Origin: Octopus sinensis
Taxonomy: Eukaryota
Length of the DNA: 9,963 nt
NCBI RefSeq assembly: GCF_006345805.1
Contig: NW_021827709.1
Span: 1-9,963, forward strand
Direction: 5' to 3'
Positions 8,572 through 9,963 of this stretch are shown here, in pieces. The position numbers were made by a program, and so were the translations under genes. The stretch's first letter is position 1, and each line of letters starts with the position of its first letter. The notes beneath the pieces are model-generated. The model did no database searches, had not been told where the DNA came from, and was given only the letters and a program-made list of their open reading frames with translations.

Positions 8572-9138
8572 TTTTTTTACAATTTTTATTTGCTGCATCT
8601 TGAGAAAGGAGCAGTGCTCATTACATTTGCAAGTCGTCCAAGACTCGATGAGTTAATGCCTTTCGTTCCGTTTATACTGATCCAGGTTAACATCTGCAGG
8701 AAAGACAATAGCAGGAAGAAGATTTTGAAAGGGGCGGTGTTCTAGGGATAAAAATCTGAGAGCAGTGGGTAGGCTGTATGAGAGTTGGACGCAACAATGG
8801 TTGAAGAGTGGTGGAGAGGTGAATGGGTTGGAGGTATCTGAGTGGCGGTAGTAGGAGACCATCCAACTCTTAGGAACAGAGGCTATTACAGTATCAGTAG
8901 AAAAGACAAAGAGAAGAGACATAGTACATGTGTGGGACAGAGGCTGGAGTGTGTCTGCTTGGGGTCGAATCCTAATTAGCTGAGTGGTTCTTCTTTACAC
9001 ACAATCCAGGATCTCTGTGTGCGGAGGTAGCAGCACCGTCCTACATATGGGATGAGTACTTTATTGTGGGCTTTATTTGAAGCCTTGTTCAGGGTCACCA
9101 GCCATCAAGGGCTAAAGTATCCTCTGTCCCTGACAGAA
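8572..9138 (-). pseudogene. Decayed 3' end of a CR1-group LINE ORF2 (post-RT C-terminal domain) with 3' UTR and A-rich tail
   Basis: Minus-strand translation across stops and frameshifts: RDRGYFSP*WLVTLNKA/QIKPTIKYSSHM*DGAA/ILDCV*RRTTQLI..DTLQPLSH/CLFY*YCNSLCS*EL..LLPP/FIPRT/NLLPAIVFPADVNLDQYK. This is colinear with the CR1-type consensus YKAQIRP.MEY.SH.W...LD..QRRA..LI...L..L.HRR..LFYRY...FFPRT...WN.LP..VFP. AATAAA at 8590-8585 is followed by an A-rich tail. Confidence 0.85.
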
Positions 9139-9148
9139 TATCGATTCC

Positions 9149-9385
9149 TAATATTGATATTTGTGCACATACGTGTTGTTGGATTGTCGCAAGACAGATT
9201 CATCAAACCAAGCGCAACCGCAGAAAACCTAAGAGAGCAAGAACGAGCTGGTTGGATAATATTTACAACCCCTGTTGGTTACACCTGGGAATCTCCTGAT
9301 AGGATCCTATGAAGAGGCGCCTAAGGACTCTATCTCCAAGACCCACCCAGGAATAGTGAGCGGAGAAGATGGATGGAATATATTT
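9149..9385 (+). mobile_element. 5'-truncated RTE-clade LINE (Rex3/Expander-like) 3' end with target-site duplication
   Basis: FVHI....QDRFIK, then from 9210 KRNRRKPKRARTSWLDNIYNPCWLHLGIS (RTE pattern GRPRTRW.D....L.W..LGI). The 3' end is GAGCGGAGAAGATGGATGGA, and the fragment is flanked by the direct repeat TATCGATTCC at 9139-9148 and 9386-9395. Confidence 0.75.
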
Positions 9386-9845
9386 TATCGATTCCCAGAA
9401 GCAGACTGTGAAAGAGGGAAAGCAAAAATCAACGCTAAAAATATTTGAATTCATAAAATTAAAGAGAATTAATTAAAAAGCTTGAAGGCCATTCTACGAG
9501 TTCCTGTCATCCATGGCTATCTTCAATTTGAAAATAGAACTAACTAAGCTGAAATTAACTCAACATATAGCGGTTGGAATAAATGTGGGAGGAAGTATAA
9601 ACGCAGTGAAATGGATCCAAGATTCAACTAAACCAATAGACGTCAAATTGTGAAATTATTAAACTGCTAATTGGCAAAAGATGATGGGAATCGTTAATAG
9701 GCTGGAGGTCGATTTTGAACAAAAAGGAAGAATCGGTAAGAGATATTGCTAGAAATTAGTGATTGGATATTCAAATAAAAAGGTGTGGAGTATTATCAGG
9801 GATGCCTCCTTTTAAACCAACAACGAGAACATGACAGGCGATTTA

Positions 9846-9856
9846 ACACACGCACG

Positions 9857-9887
<31 letters not shown>

Positions 9888-9963
9888 TCGCACGAGCACA
9901 CACACACACACGCAATACACACAACACCACACACACACACACACAACACACACACACACACAC
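9846..9963. repeat. (CA)n/(CACG)n microsatellite
   Basis: Direct reading. Confidence 0.95.

Noticed and set aside
8653-8922. 89-aa minus ORF as a host gene
   Set aside because: It is a frameshifted piece of the decayed CR1-type ORF2.
1-9963. CRISPR array or prokaryotic operon
   Set aside because: No regularly spaced repeat-spacer units or gene-dense coding; the sequence is eukaryotic repeat DNA.

Overview
AT-rich, repeat-dense eukaryotic non-coding DNA. It is most likely coleoid cephalopod (Octopus-like), inferred from recalled SINE sequences and microsatellite load; no database check was possible. No credible intact protein-coding gene is present, and almost all listed ORFs are microsatellite read-through. 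The window holds many microsatellites, several tRNA-derived SINE copies, and a ~650 bp non-autonomous RTE-like element inside a (CATA)n tract. It also holds a decayed CR1-group LINE 3' end abutting a TSD-flanked RTE (Rex3/Expander-like) 3' end, and two long inverted repeats. The main result is that the 267-bp palindrome at 1244-1510 carries a type I hammerhead ribozyme with an intact catalytic core in one arm and a core-mutated mirror copy in the other. Further hammerhead-like relics occur at 13-95 and at the centre of the second palindrome (6425-6673), suggesting Penelope-like pLTR-derived, ribozyme-bearing palindromes.
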